Assembly: GCA_049325335.1 (NCBI GenBank)
Contig: JBMOMC010000007.1
Span: 96,001-160,000 of the forward strand
Direction: 5' to 3'
Length of the DNA stretch: 64,000 bases
Origin: Nitrospirota bacterium
GTDB taxonomy: Bacteria > Nitrospirota > Nitrospiria > 2-01-FULL-66-17
Shown: piece by piece, positions 35,535 to 46,343 of the stretch
Position numbering within the stretch: the stretch's first letter is position 1
How the letters are laid out: each line of letters opens with the position of its first letter
Translations under genes and position numbers: made by a program
The notes under the pieces: model-generated
The model's database searches: none
What the model saw: the letters and a program-made list of their open reading frames with translations, nothing else
Told to the model about the DNA's origin: nothing

Positions 35535-36953
35535 TCAGAACAGACCGAGTTGAACGAGTTCTTCTTTGGTGAACGGAACCGGATACGAGCCGGTAAAACA
35601 CGCGTCGCAGAACGAGGCGCCGTCCGACTCCTGGGCGCCGAAAGCCGCGAACAGACCTTCACGACTGAGGTACGCGAGGCTGTCGGCCCCGATGTATTTG
35701 CGGGTTTCCTCCACCGTGTGCGACGTGGCGATCAGCTCCTGCCGCGTGGGGGTATCGATCCCGTAGAAACACGGCGAAATGATCGGCGGCGAGGCGATCC
35801 GCAGATGTACTTCCTTGGCGCCGGCGCCGCGCAGCATCTTGAGCAGTTTGCGGCTCGTGGTGCCGCGGACCAGCGAATCATCCACCACCACCACTCGGCG
35901 GCCCTCCAAGACTTCCCGAATCGGGCTCAGCTTAATGCGCACGCCGAAGTGACGGATCGACTCTTGGGGTTCGATAAACGTGCGGCCGATGTAATGGCTC
36001 CGAACCAGGCCTTCTTCGAACGGCATTCCCGCTCCTTCGGCAAACCCCAGCGCAGAGGGAATTCCGGAGTCCGGGACCGGGATCACCACGTCGGCCGCGA
36101 CCGCAGATTCCTGCGCCAGACGGAGGCCGTTCCGTTTCCGGATCGAATACACGTTGTGGCCGAACACCCGGCTATCCGGACGCGAGAAATACACGTGCTC
36201 GAACACGCACTGGGCCTGCCGCGTCGGGGCAAACGGGTGAAACGACGTCACACCCCGATCGTTGATCACCACGAGTTCACCCGGCTCCAGGTCTCGCACG
36301 TATTCGGCTTCAACCAGGTTGAACGCCACGGACTCCGACGACACGACCCACCCTTCTCGAAGCCGACCCAACGACAACGGCCGAACCCCGAAAGGATCCC
36401 GCACCGCGACCAAACCGTCGGGACACAAGAACAACAGGCTGAACGCGCCGCGGACCTTGCCCAAGGCGTCGATGATCCGCGAGACGACCGCATCTTGGCG
36501 CGAATGGGCGATCAGGTGGATAATCACCTCGGTGTCCGCCGAGGACTGAAAAATCGCGCCGTAGGCCTCCAGTTCGCTGCGAAGGCCCTGCGCGTTGACG
36601 AGGTTTCCGTTGTGCGCCAACGCCAGATGACCGCGGGCAAAGTTGATCAAGAACGGTTGCAGATTTTTCTCGTGCGAGCCCCCGGCGGTGGAGTACCGGT
36701 TGTGGCCGATCGCCATCCGTCCCGGCAGACGAGCCAGCCGCGTTTTGTCAAAGACCTCCAGCACCAGCCCGGGACCTCGTTCTTGGTAATAGTCGCGGCC
36801 GTCCGACGACACGATGCCGCTGCCTTCTTGTCCGCGATGTTGTAACGCGTGGAGCCCCAAATAGGTCAGGTTCGCGGCTTCGGGATGGCCGTAGACGCCG
36901 AAAATTCCGCACTCCTCGCGCAACTTATCGAACGGCATCAACTCGACGAGCAT
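35535..36953 (-). CDS. purF: Amidophosphoribosyltransferase
   Basis: Propeptide then [40 protein letters not shown] and CDACFTG. ATG 36953 with GAGGAG RBS. Confidence 0.97.
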   Translation of the reverse strand: MLVELMPFDKLREECGIFGVYGHPEAANLTYLGLHALQHRGQEGSGIVSSDGRDYYQERGPGLVLEVFDKTRLARLPGRMAIGHNRYSTAGGSHEKNLQPFLINFARGHLALAHNGNLVNAQGLRSELEAYGAIFQSSADTEVIIHLIAHSRQDAVVSRIIDALGKVRGAFSLLFLCPDGLVAVRDPFGVRPLSLGRLREGWVVSSESVAFNLVEAEYVRDLEPGELVVINDRGVTSFHPFAPTRQAQCVFEHVYFSRPDSRVFGHNVYSIRKRNGLRLAQESAVAADVVIPVPDSGIPSALGFAEGAGMPFEEGLVRSHYIGRTFIEPQESIRHFGVRIKLSPIREVLEGRRVVVVDDSLVRGTTSRKLLKMLRGAGAKEVHLRIASPPIISPCFYGIDTPTRQELIATSHTVEETRKYIGADSLAYLSREGLFAAFGAQESDGASFCDACFTGSYPVPFTKEELVQLGLF

Positions 36954-39196
36954 TCGGAACTCCTCAATTGCCGGGACAATCCGTCCGACCACGCGGCGCG
37001 AACGGCTGTCAACTCCACGTCGACCAAGATGTCGTCGGCCACCGCGATCACCAACCGATCGCCTCCCGTGTTCCCGACGTGCGCCGCCGGAACGCCCCAC
37101 CGGGCCGCAACCGCCAGCACGCGTTCAACGGCGTGCGGCTCGGCCGAGAGCACCGCGCGCGACTGGCTCTCCCCGAACAACATCGCGTCGCGGCGAATCC
37201 CCTGGGGATTGGGCACGGTGATCACGGCGCCCACGGACGTGTCCGACGACATACAACACTCGGCCAACGCCACGGCCAATCCGCCGTCGGAGCAATCGTG
37301 CGCGGATTCCACCAGCCCGTCGCCCGTGAGCTCCAGCACACACCGGTACAATGCCGTTTCCGCGTCCAGAACCAATTCCGGCGGGAGCCCTTGTTCGCGG
37401 TGATGCACCACGGACAGGTACTGCGTGCCCCCCAACTCTTCCTTGGTCTCTCCCAGCACGATGACCACGCGACCGGACGATTTGAAGGCCTGCGTCATCA
37501 CCTGCGCCGCCGGCGCCTTGCCCACCACGCCGATGATGGGCGTCGGATAGATGCCGATGCCACGCGTTTCATTATAAAAACTCACGTTGCCGCTGACCAC
37601 CGGCACCCCGAACGCGCGGCACGCATCGGCCATCCCGTCCACGACCAGAGCGAATTGCCACATGACCTCAGGCCGTTCGGGATTGCCGAAATTGAGACAA
37701 TCGCTGGCGCCCAACGGTCGCGCCCCGCTGCACACCACGTTCCGGCAGGCTTCCGCGATCGCGATCATGCCGCCGACATAGGGATTCAGCATGCAGTACC
37801 GGCTGTTGCCGTCCACGCTGATCGCCACCGCGGTGTCGGTTCCCTTGACGCGGAGCACCGCAGCGTCGGACCCCGGCAGCACGATCGTGTTGGTCCCGAC
37901 CATGTGATCATATTGCCGGTAGACCCAGGCCTTGCTCGCGACGGTGGGTGAGGCCAATACATCGAGCAAGGCATCGCGGTACGACTTGGGCTCCGGGAGT
38001 GATTCCAGGGACAACCCCTGAAGACTGTCCAAGTAGGGCGGCGGCGCGATCGGACGCTCGTACTTCGGCGCATCGTCGGTGACCAGGTCGATCGGCAACT
38101 CCGCCGCGACGACGTCCCCCCGGCGCACGACCAAGCGGCCCGTGTCCGTCACTCGCCCGATCACCGCGACGTCAAGGCCCCACTTCTCGCAAATCACCCG
38201 CACCGCGGCCTCACACCCCGGCTTGGCGACCAGCAGCATCCGTTCTTGGGATTCCGAGAGCATGATCTCGTACGGCGTCATGCCGGTCTCGCGCGTGGGC
38301 ACCAACGCCACATCGATGTCCACCCCGGTGCCGGCCCGCCCGGCCATTTCGCACGAGGAACTGGTCAGCCCCGCCGCGCCCATGTCTTGAATCCCGATGA
38401 TCACATCGCCGGCCATGAGTTCCAGACAGGCCTCGATCAGCAGTTTCTCCATGAACGGATCGCCGACCTGGACCATCGGCCGTTTCTCGGACGCCCCGTC
38501 GCCGAAGGCTTCCGACGCCATGGTCGCGCCGTGGATCCCGTCGCGCCCAGTTTTGGCGCCGATGTACATCACCGGATTGCCCACGCCGGCGGCCTGCCCT
38601 CGGAACAGCCGATCCTTGCGCGCCAGGCCCAAACAAAAAACGTTGACCAGCGGATTCGAGCGGTACAGGTCTTGGGTCGCCACCTCGCCGCCGACCGTGG
38701 GCACGCCCACGCAATTGCCGTAACCCGCGATGCCGGCCACCACGCGTTCGAACAGATACCGCGTGCGCGGCTCGTCGATCGGGCCGAATCGCAGCGAGTC
38801 CAAAAGCGCGACGGGCCGCGCGCCCATGGTGAACACGTCGCGGAGAATACCGCCCACCCCGGTGGCGGCGCCTTGGTACGGCTCGATAAACGACGGATGA
38901 TTGTGGCTCTCGATCTTGAACACCGCGGCCAGACCGTCCCCGATGTCCACGGCGCCGGCGTTTTCGCCGGGCCCTTGCACGACTTCCTCGCCGGTCGTGG
39001 GCAAGCGTTTGAGATGCACGCGCGAGCTCTTGTAACTGCAGTGCTCGCTCCACATCACGGACACGATGCCCAGCTCCACCAGGGTGGGCGCGCGCCCCAA
39101 CCGCTCGCGCAATCTGGCGTATTCCTCTGCAGTGAGGCCGTGCCTCGACAGGAGTGAGGGATCGAGCGGTTCGGTCAGGAGCGTGTCGCGTGGCAT
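36938..39196 (-). CDS. purL: Phosphoribosylformylglycinamidine synthase subunit PurL
   Basis: [36 protein letters not shown] and SAHDCSDGG motifs. Confidence 0.97.
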   Translation of the reverse strand: MPRDTLLTEPLDPSLLSRHGLTAEEYARLRERLGRAPTLVELGIVSVMWSEHCSYKSSRVHLKRLPTTGEEVVQGPGENAGAVDIGDGLAAVFKIESHNHPSFIEPYQGAATGVGGILRDVFTMGARPVALLDSLRFGPIDEPRTRYLFERVVAGIAGYGNCVGVPTVGGEVATQDLYRSNPLVNVFCLGLARKDRLFRGQAAGVGNPVMYIGAKTGRDGIHGATMASEAFGDGASEKRPMVQVGDPFMEKLLIEACLELMAGDVIIGIQDMGAAGLTSSSCEMAGRAGTGVDIDVALVPTRETGMTPYEIMLSESQERMLLVAKPGCEAAVRVICEKWGLDVAVIGRVTDTGRLVVRRGDVVAAELPIDLVTDDAPKYERPIAPPPYLDSLQGLSLESLPEPKSYRDALLDVLASPTVASKAWVYRQYDHMVGTNTIVLPGSDAAVLRVKGTDTAVAISVDGNSRYCMLNPYVGGMIAIAEACRNVVCSGARPLGASDCLNFGNPERPEVMWQFALVVDGMADACRAFGVPVVSGNVSFYNETRGIGIYPTPIIGVVGKAPAAQVMTQAFKSSGRVVIVLGETKEELGGTQYLSVVHHREQGLPPELVLDAETALYRCVLELTGDGLVESAHDCSDGGLAVALAECCMSSDTSVGAVITVPNPQGIRRDAMLFGESQSRAVLSAEPHAVERVLAVAARWGVPAAHVGNTGGDRLVIAVADDILVDVELTAVRAAWSDGLSRQLRSSECSSS

Positions 39197-39212
39197 CTGA
39201 GTTCCGGGGCCG

Positions 39213-39902
39213 CTAAACGGGTTGGCAGAGGGCGCCGAGCGCGGATTCAAACAATGCGCGCCCGTCGCCGCCCCCGAGCGCCGTTTCGGACGCGCGCTCC
39301 GGGTGGGGCATCATCCCCAGCACGTTCCGCGCGGGGTTGCACACGCCCGCGATCGCGTCGACCGACCCGTTGGGATTGGTCACCCCGTCCTCAAGCGGCG
39401 CGTACCGAAAGACGATCTGGCCTTGATCGCGCAGGCGCGACAACGTGTCGGGGTCCGCCCAATAGGACCCGTCCGCATGCGCGATCGGCAACCGCAAGAC
39501 TTGGCCTGCGGCGTACCGCGCGGTAAACGGCGTGTCGGTCCGCTCCACGCGCACCCCCACGGTTCGACAGAGAAACTTGAGCGAGGCGTTCCGCAACAGG
39601 GCGCCGGGCAGCAACCCGGACTCGACCAAGATCTGGAAGCCGTTGCAGATGCCCACGGTCAACCCGCCGCGCGCCGCGTGCCGCCTGACCGCGTCCATGA
39701 TCGGGGAACACGCCGCCAACGCGCCGGTGCGCAGATAGTCACCGTATGAGAACCCGCCGGGGAGCACCACCAGGTCCGCGGTCGGCAGCTCCGCGTCGCG
39801 GTGCCACACCATCCGCACGGACGCCCCGAGCACGCGGCCCAACACGTGCTCGCAGTCTCGATCACAGTTCGATCCGGGGAATACCACGACGGCTGCGTTC
39901 AC
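39213..39902 (-). CDS. purQ: Phosphoribosylformylglycinamidine synthase subunit PurQ
   Basis: [27 protein letters not shown] and MMPHPER motifs. Confidence 0.97.
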   Translation of the reverse strand: MNAAVVVFPGSNCDRDCEHVLGRVLGASVRMVWHRDAELPTADLVVLPGGFSYGDYLRTGALAACSPIMDAVRRHAARGGLTVGICNGFQILVESGLLPGALLRNASLKFLCRTVGVRVERTDTPFTARYAAGQVLRLPIAHADGSYWADPDTLSRLRDQGQIVFRYAPLEDGVTNPNGSVDAIAGVCNPARNVLGMMPHPERASETALGGGDGRALFESALGALCQPV

Positions 39903-39912
39903 GACGAGGGAC

Positions 39913-40293
39913 TCACTCGGATATTTTCAACAGATCGCGCACGGTTTTGAGCAACGTATTCGTCTGGATCGGTTTGGGAATATACGCGTTGGCGCCCAAC
40001 TGCATCCCCTTTTCGCGATCCGCGTCCGCGCCTTCCGTGGTGACGATGATGACGGGAATGTGGCTGTACGACGGTTCCTTGCGGACAATGCTGAGGAGCT
40101 TCAGGCCGTCCATCAGCGGCATGTTGATGTCCGCGACGATTAAGTGCACGGGGTGTTCGGACAGTTTCTTCAACGCGTCGACCCCGTCGGTCGCTTCAAC
40201 GATCTTGGCGCCTTTGATCCGTTTGAGACTGAACGAGACAAGCTGGCGCATCGTGGGCGAGTCTTCTACGACCAAAAAGACGTATTCAGCCAT
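39913..40293 (-). CDS. cheY: CheY-like single-domain response regulator
   Basis: VVEDS, ADINMP, VTTEG and YIPKP motifs. ATG 40293 with GGAGG RBS. Confidence 0.9.
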   Translation of the reverse strand: MAEYVFLVVEDSPTMRQLVSFSLKRIKGAKIVEATDGVDALKKLSEHPVHLIVADINMPLMDGLKLLSIVRKEPSYSHIPVIIVTTEGADADREKGMQLGANAYIPKPIQTNTLLKTVRDLLKISE

Positions 40294-40344
40294 GTCGGTT
40301 TTGTCACCTCCCACCGCCAACGGGCCCGCGGCCCGGTGACGCGC

Positions 40345-41196
40345 TCACGCCGCCTTGTTGGTCATCAAGCCCAAAAACCCTTTGATCGTCGACAGCGACC
40401 GCTGGGATCGCGAGTACAACATGGCGCTGAAAATCGCGGTGGCCGCGTGCCCGCCCAACATGGAAAACAATTCGTGATCGACCCGGGTCAGCCGCTGTTT
40501 CTTTTGTTCAAACAGGTCGAAAATGGCGATCACGCCGATCACCCCGTCGTGAATCTTCAGCGGAATACACGCGATCGGACGATCCGGCGACGACACGATC
40601 GGCTGATTGAGATCCTCGACGATAAACGGCTCGCCGGTTTGCGCTGTTTTCCCGATGATGCCTTCGCCCAACGGGATTTTTTTGATGCTCGGATCCATGG
40701 TTTCCGCGGCCGCCACGTTGAGCACGGGTTCTTCGTCGCTGCGCGTGAGAATCGCGAAGTGGTCCGACCCGATCAAATTGAGAATGATCTCGCTGATGAT
40801 CCGCAACACTTCGTTGAGGTCCATCGTGGAATGGAGTTGGTAGCTCGCCACGTAGAGATTCGCCAAATTGTTGTTTTCTTCTTCCACCTCCACGTACCGG
40901 CTGGCAAAATCCTTGTTTTCTTCTTCGACCACCTTGTAGCGATTGAGCATCGCCTCTCGTTCGGCCTTCATCTCGTCGAGTTGTTGACGAAGCTTCGAGA
41001 GCTCGGGCGAGGACGGGCCTTTGTGCCCGGCCCGGGCCTGTTCGATCGCTTGAGCGAGGGCAAACCGCAGCCGCTCATTCTCCTTGAGCAGATCGTTGGT
41101 AAACTCGATCCCCTTGTGAAACACCCCCAAAAACTCGTCCGCCCGGCGAAAGATTTCCGGCTCCTTGCCCTTTTCCTTGTCTTTATCCTTCTCCAT
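40345..41196 (-). CDS. Coiled-coil + GAF domain protein
   Basis: Coiled coil, NNNLANLYVASYQLHST, then GAF motifs (GEGIIGK, ACIPLK, IGVIAI). Confidence 0.85.
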   Translation of the reverse strand: MEKDKDKEKGKEPEIFRRADEFLGVFHKGIEFTNDLLKENERLRFALAQAIEQARAGHKGPSSPELSKLRQQLDEMKAEREAMLNRYKVVEEENKDFASRYVEVEEENNNLANLYVASYQLHSTMDLNEVLRIISEIILNLIGSDHFAILTRSDEEPVLNVAAAETMDPSIKKIPLGEGIIGKTAQTGEPFIVEDLNQPIVSSPDRPIACIPLKIHDGVIGVIAIFDLFEQKKQRLTRVDHELFSMLGGHAATAIFSAMLYSRSQRSLSTIKGFLGLMTNKAA

Positions 41197-41267
41197 ACCG
41201 TCATCCTTTCACGGGCCCGGAGTATAGCACCGGGCTGTTCAGACCCGCAAGACTCCGACTTCCCCGT

Positions 41268-42353
41268 CTATCGATGCGCCCCCGCCATGACCCGTTTGGC
41301 GATCTGCTCCGCGATCGCGTGCAGCGGCGCCACCACGTCGACCGCGCCTTCGAGGATCGCCTCCTGCGGCATGCCGAATACCACAGCGGTTTCTTCAGAC
41401 TCCGCGATGGTGCCCCCTCCCCCTTGTTTAATTTTGGCCATGCCGCGCCGCCCGTCGTGGCCCATCCCCGTGAGGATGACGCCCACCAGGTCCGCGCCGA
41501 ACACCTCGGCCGCCGAGGTCATTAGATCGTCGACGGAAGGCACGTACCGGTCGTCGAGACCCGCCGGGGTCAGGACCACCTTCACCCTGTCCCCGCACCG
41601 CACGAAGGAGAGGTGGTGTCCGCCCGGGCAGATCACGATCTGCCCGGGCCGACACCACTGGTCCGGGCTCGCCTCGGAAATATCCCACGCGGACAGACGA
41701 TTGAGTCGCTCGGCGAACGACGCGGTAAAGCCGGCCGGCATGTGCTGCGCCACCGCCACCGCGCACGGCAGATCCCGCGGCAACGTGGACACGATGGTTT
41801 GCAGCGCGGCGGGACCGCCGGTGGATGAGCCGACCGCGACCAGTTTGAGTCGGTCGGGCGCGCCGACCGCGGGTTTGATGAGGATCGGGTCGGCGGGGCT
41901 CACCGCCGCGGCTTTGGCCGCGCGTTCGCATAATCGCACCGGCGAGGCGGCCGCGATCGCGCGCACCTTCGTCTCCAATTCGCCGCGCACCTTCAGCACT
42001 TCCCACGACGCCAGGTGGGTGGGTTTGGCGAGGAAATCCGCGGCGCCCAGTTCCAGGGCATGAAACACGTTGGAGGCCTCCGACGCCGCGCTGACCACCA
42101 AGACCGGCGTGGGCAACGTGTGCATCAACCACCGGAGAAACGCGAATCCGTCCATCCGAGGCATTTCCAGGTCCAACGTGATGACGCTCGGCCGATATTT
42201 ATTGACCGCCTGAATCGCCTCCAATCCGTCCGAGGCGGTCCCCACGACCTCGACGCCGGGGACTTCCTTGAGCATCATGACTATCGCCTGCCGGTAGAAC
42301 GCGGAATCATCCACCACCAGTACGCGCGTCGGCGTCGCGTCATGCCGCGGCAC
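41268..42353 (-). CDS. cheB: Chemotaxis methylesterase CheB
   Basis: REC domain plus GSSTGGP, QHMP, PSVD and LTGMGHDG motifs. Confidence 0.95.
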   Translation of the reverse strand: MPRHDATPTRVLVVDDSAFYRQAIVMMLKEVPGVEVVGTASDGLEAIQAVNKYRPSVITLDLEMPRMDGFAFLRWLMHTLPTPVLVVSAASEASNVFHALELGAADFLAKPTHLASWEVLKVRGELETKVRAIAAASPVRLCERAAKAAAVSPADPILIKPAVGAPDRLKLVAVGSSTGGPAALQTIVSTLPRDLPCAVAVAQHMPAGFTASFAERLNRLSAWDISEASPDQWCRPGQIVICPGGHHLSFVRCGDRVKVVLTPAGLDDRYVPSVDDLMTSAAEVFGADLVGVILTGMGHDGRRGMAKIKQGGGGTIAESEETAVVFGMPQEAILEGAVDVVAPLHAIAEQIAKRVMAGAHR

Positions 42354-43194
42354 GGGACTGCTCCTCCTTCTGATACACGATATCTCGGTTGAGATGCCGC
42401 AGGTTGAACGCGGTGCTGACGTTGATCAATGACTCCGAATGGCCCAAGAGCAGGTACCCGCCCGGGCGCAATCGGTTCCAAAACATCTCGATCACCCGTT
42501 TCTTCACGGGCAGGTCGAAATAAATGATGACGTTGCGGCACAGGATCACGTCCACCCTGGGCACCAAGGTCGCCCGCTCCGCGTCCGCCAGGTTAAACGC
42601 GAAAAAACTGACCATACGTTTGACCGAATCGTTGATACGAAACCCGCTCCCCTCGGCGTGAAAAAACCGCTCGCGATACTCCGGAGGCGTTGACCGAAAC
42701 GATGAGGGCGGATACACCCCGCGCCGAGCCGTCTCCAACACGCGCTGGCTGATGTCGCTGGCGACGATCTCGATGTGCCAGTCCGCGTACTCCGGGTGGT
42801 TCGCCAGCGTCATGGCGATGGAATACGGTTCTTCCCCGGTCGACGACCCGGCGCTCCAGATCCGCAGAGTGCGATCCGTGCGCCGTTTCATCAACCCCGG
42901 AAGAATTTCGTTCCGGAGCGCCTGCAGTTGATGGTCTTCCCGGAAGAAATACGTTTCGTGAATCGTCAGCAGGTCGACGATCACCGCGAATTCTTCGGTC
43001 CGCCGCGCGTCGTACTTGAGGAACAAATACAGGTCTCGGAACCCGGACAACCGGAGCCGACGGAGGGTCTCCTGGAGACGATTTTCCATGAAGAACTTCG
43101 ATTGGTCGTCCAGCCACACGCCGCAATGGTCATACAACATGTCCCGGAGCAGCTTGAAGACGTCGGCGCTGAGCGGAATTGAGACTTGTTCGAT
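42340..43194 (-). CDS. cheR: Chemotaxis methyltransferase CheR (start codon uncertain)
   Basis: HETYFFRE, IWSAGSSTGEEPYS, CRNVIIYF and GHSESL motifs. The first ATG is at 43140, but the conserved N-terminal helix starts earlier; possible ATC start at 43194. Confidence 0.9.
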   Translation of the reverse strand: MEQVSIPLSADVFKLLRDMLYDHCGVWLDDQSKFFMENRLQETLRRLRLSGFRDLYLFLKYDARRTEEFAVIVDLLTIHETYFFREDHQLQALRNEILPGLMKRRTDRTLRIWSAGSSTGEEPYSIAMTLANHPEYADWHIEIVASDISQRVLETARRGVYPPSSFRSTPPEYRERFFHAEGSGFRINDSVKRMVSFFAFNLADAERATLVPRVDVILCRNVIIYFDLPVKKRVIEMFWNRLRPGGYLLLGHSESLINVSTAFNLRHLNRDIVYQKEEQSRAAA

Positions 43195-43225
43195 GGCGAT
43201 CCCCCGTGGTGTGGTGTGTGCCGGG

Positions 43226-45253
43226 CTACGACGCCTCGTCCAACGCCATCGTGAGTTGCTCCACCGCGAAATGCGCGGACTCTCGAACCACGTGATCCGG
43301 ATCTTGCGCCGCCAGCTCGCGCAGCCGCGGCAACGCGCGGGTGACCCGCGCGCGACCGAGCGCCACGGCCGACGCCGCACGAACCCCCCAATGCGCGTGG
43401 TCCAACATCGGGATGACCGGTTCCGCGATCTGCTCGCCGCCGATTTCACCCGCGGCCGCGATCGCGGCCTGTTTGACGTCCGGGTCGTTCGAGGAGAACA
43501 GCCGAATCATGGCCGGCAACGCCCCGCGAACCTTGCGCGTTCCCAGCGCGACGCAGACCGCGATTTGAATCAATCCGACCGGATCATTCACCAGCAGCAG
43601 CAGCGTCTCTTCGATGCCCTCGGCGCCCCGCTCGCCCAACAACCGAATCACCTCGGCGCGGATCCAGATATCGGGATCATGCAACAGCGGCCGAATCAGG
43701 TCGTCGATCACGGCATCCCGTCGTCGGGCCAGAATCCGGATCATTTCGAGCCGCACGGTCGGGTCTTCGTCGTTTAAGGCCACGTGCGCCACGGTTCTCA
43801 CGTCGCCGCCCAACGACTCCAACGCCGCCAGCCCGGTACGCCGGATCATGGGGTCCGGATCCTTCAGGTCCAACATCAGGCGGCCGTGCGCCTCGGGCGC
43901 TTGAAAGGCGCCGAGTAATCTCGCGGCGTAACAGTGGATCTCCACCGTGGAGCCGTCGAGCAGACCCAGCAGCCGAGACACCAGGCCGGGGCTCTTGAGC
44001 CGCGTTAAGGCGCGGTACGCGGCCTCTTGAACATTCGGGTACGGATCCGCCAACAACTGGAGTAAGGGACGGACCCCCAGCGGGTCCGCCAGTTGCCCCA
44101 AGGCCGCGGCCGCGGCTTGGCGAACGTGGCCCTCGGGATCTCCCGTGAGTTCGACGAGTCCGTGAACGGCTTTCCGGTCGCCGATCTCCCCAAGCGCCCG
44201 CGCCACGTCTTCGCGCAGTCCGGCCGGGGCTCGCGGGATCACGGCCAATAATTTGGGCACGCCCTCGCGCTGCATGCGGACACACGCCGCCACCAGTTCC
44301 TCCCGACACGATTCGTCGTAGACCGCGGCGAGCGCGGCGATGGCTTGCACGTCGCCCATCCACCCCAACACCGTGATCGCGTTGCGTTTGACCGCCGCGT
44401 CGCCGCCAGCGAGGCTGTCCCGAAGGTATCGGCTCACCGGCTCGTCGTAGATTTCGCGCATACGACAGATAATCTTGGTTTTCACGTCGGGCGGCATCCG
44501 ACCGTACAACTCGATCACCGCACGCACGGCCACGTGGCGGACCTTCGACGACCCGAGTCGGATCGCCTGTGCCAAGGGATTCACCACCCGCCCATCGCCG
44601 ATCCGTCCGAGCGCCTCCAATGCCGCGCGTTCCAACGTCGGTTTGCCGAGGCACCCGACCAGCGGTTCGACCGCCCGCCCATCGCCGATTTCCTGTAAAG
44701 CTTTGACCGCGGAAAACTGCAGCAGGGGACGGCCCTGTCGCAACAGATCGGCCAACGGCTCCACCGCCCTGGGATCCCGCAGTTTCCCCAACGCCTCCAC
44801 CGCCGCCATCGCCACATTCTCGTCGGTCTGGCCCACCAACCGCACCAGGACCGTGGTCGCGCGCCGATCACCGATATCTCCCAGGATATCGACTACGAAC
44901 TTCTGCACATCGGGTTCAGCGGAGGGCACCGCGGCCAAGAGCGCCGGAACCGCGGCGAGGCCGAAGCGCACCAGCACTTCGGCGGCAGCGTTTCGCAACG
45001 ACGCGTTGTCCGGATCGGCCACCCCCGCGATCAGATGCGGGGCCATGTCCGCACGCCATCCCAACCCGACCAAGGCCTCGACCGCGGATTTCCGAACGCG
45101 CCACTCCGAGTCCCTGAGCGCGGTCAGCAGATCCGCCACGGCCTCGTACCCGCATCGGGCGAGGTCCGCGACCGCGGCCACCCGCTCTTCCATCTCGCCG
45201 CTCGCCAATCGCGCGCGGCAGGTCGTGACGTCTGACTGATGCGGCTCGGCCAT
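43226..45253 (-). CDS. HEAT/PBS-lyase repeat protein
   Basis: Many LxDxxxxVRxxAAxALG repeats. ATG 45253 with GGGAGG RBS. Confidence 0.9.
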   Translation of the reverse strand: MAEPHQSDVTTCRARLASGEMEERVAAVADLARCGYEAVADLLTALRDSEWRVRKSAVEALVGLGWRADMAPHLIAGVADPDNASLRNAAAEVLVRFGLAAVPALLAAVPSAEPDVQKFVVDILGDIGDRRATTVLVRLVGQTDENVAMAAVEALGKLRDPRAVEPLADLLRQGRPLLQFSAVKALQEIGDGRAVEPLVGCLGKPTLERAALEALGRIGDGRVVNPLAQAIRLGSSKVRHVAVRAVIELYGRMPPDVKTKIICRMREIYDEPVSRYLRDSLAGGDAAVKRNAITVLGWMGDVQAIAALAAVYDESCREELVAACVRMQREGVPKLLAVIPRAPAGLREDVARALGEIGDRKAVHGLVELTGDPEGHVRQAAAAALGQLADPLGVRPLLQLLADPYPNVQEAAYRALTRLKSPGLVSRLLGLLDGSTVEIHCYAARLLGAFQAPEAHGRLMLDLKDPDPMIRRTGLAALESLGGDVRTVAHVALNDEDPTVRLEMIRILARRRDAVIDDLIRPLLHDPDIWIRAEVIRLLGERGAEGIEETLLLLVNDPVGLIQIAVCVALGTRKVRGALPAMIRLFSSNDPDVKQAAIAAAGEIGGEQIAEPVIPMLDHAHWGVRAASAVALGRARVTRALPRLRELAAQDPDHVVRESAHFAVEQLTMALDEAS

Positions 45254-45272
45254 CGCGTCCCTCCCCCCGCGC

Positions 45273-46343
45273 CTACGCGGCCGCCTGACGATTGCGATTG
45301 AGCAATTCGCGCCGAGTCGCCACGAATTGTTCGAGCGTTTGCTGGAACAAATCCGCCGTCGCGGGAAATGACGGGTCCCGCCGTTCTTCATAGAGACGCC
45401 GCCCTTCGTCGATCTCCGCGCGCAACAACTCGAAAAACGTCCCCTTCACCACTCCCTCGTCCACCTTCTTCGCGTTATACAGCGCAATGTCGGAAACGAT
45501 GATGCGGGCCAGGCGCCGCGCGGCCTCCACCACCGGATCGTCGGTCTTGGACGCTGAGGGCGCCGGGGGTTGGACCGGCGGCATCGACGGTTCCTTGGCG
45601 ACTGCGGGCGCCGGAGGAACCGTCGGCGCGCTCGGCGGCGCCACGCGCGACGCGGCGGGAGCCGACGGCTGGGGCCGCGCGCTGGGCGGCGGTACCGGCG
45701 CGGGCGCAACCGCTTTTGCGGCAACGGCCTGGGCCTCCGCGACTCGCTCCGGTTGATGGGGTTCGGGCGACGGCTCCGAGGCCGAGGCCTCGCGTTCACA
45801 CAAGGCTTTGACCTTGGTCACCAAATCCGTTTCGATCTGGTGTCGCTCGATGTAGTCGTCCGCGCCAAAGAGCTGACCCGGTTGGCGCCGGTACCGGTCC
45901 TTATTGTGAATCGCCGCGACCAGGATGATTTTCACCCCCGCAGTCGCGGCATTGTTCCGGATGCGCTCGCACACTTGGAACCCCATAATGTCCGACAGCC
46001 CCACGTCCACCAGGACCAACGCGGGCCGCGCGTCACTCACGCGAACCAAGGCGTCCGCGCCGGTGGCCGCTTCGATGACTTCGAACCCCGCTCCCGAGAG
46101 CAACTCGCCGATCAGTTCGCGCGTCGCCTCGCCCTGCAGCGCGACCACCACGCGTTGGCGCTGGTCGTTGGTCGGCGGCGACGGGGACGTCTCCGGGGCG
46201 GCCGCGGCGGCGGGGATCGCAAACGCCTCGATCCTGACCCGCAGCCCGCTCCGACATCCGGGACACGCCACCACCGTGTGATCGGCCAGGGACGGGAGCG
46301 CGTAGCCGACTCCCGCGCCGCATTGTGCGCAGACGATGTTCAT
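45273..46343 (-). CDS. Response regulator with N-terminal Zn-ribbon, REC domain, Pro-rich linker and conserved C-terminal helical domain
   Basis: [23 protein letters not shown] and [16 protein letters not shown]. Confidence 0.8.
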   Translation of the reverse strand: MNIVCAQCGAGVGYALPSLADHTVVACPGCRSGLRVRIEAFAIPAAAAAPETSPSPPTNDQRQRVVVALQGEATRELIGELLSGAGFEVIEAATGADALVRVSDARPALVLVDVGLSDIMGFQVCERIRNNAATAGVKIILVAAIHNKDRYRRQPGQLFGADDYIERHQIETDLVTKVKALCEREASASEPSPEPHQPERVAEAQAVAAKAVAPAPVPPPSARPQPSAPAASRVAPPSAPTVPPAPAVAKEPSMPPVQPPAPSASKTDDPVVEAARRLARIIVSDIALYNAKKVDEGVVKGTFFELLRAEIDEGRRLYEERRDPSFPATADLFQQTLEQFVATRRELLNRNRQAAA

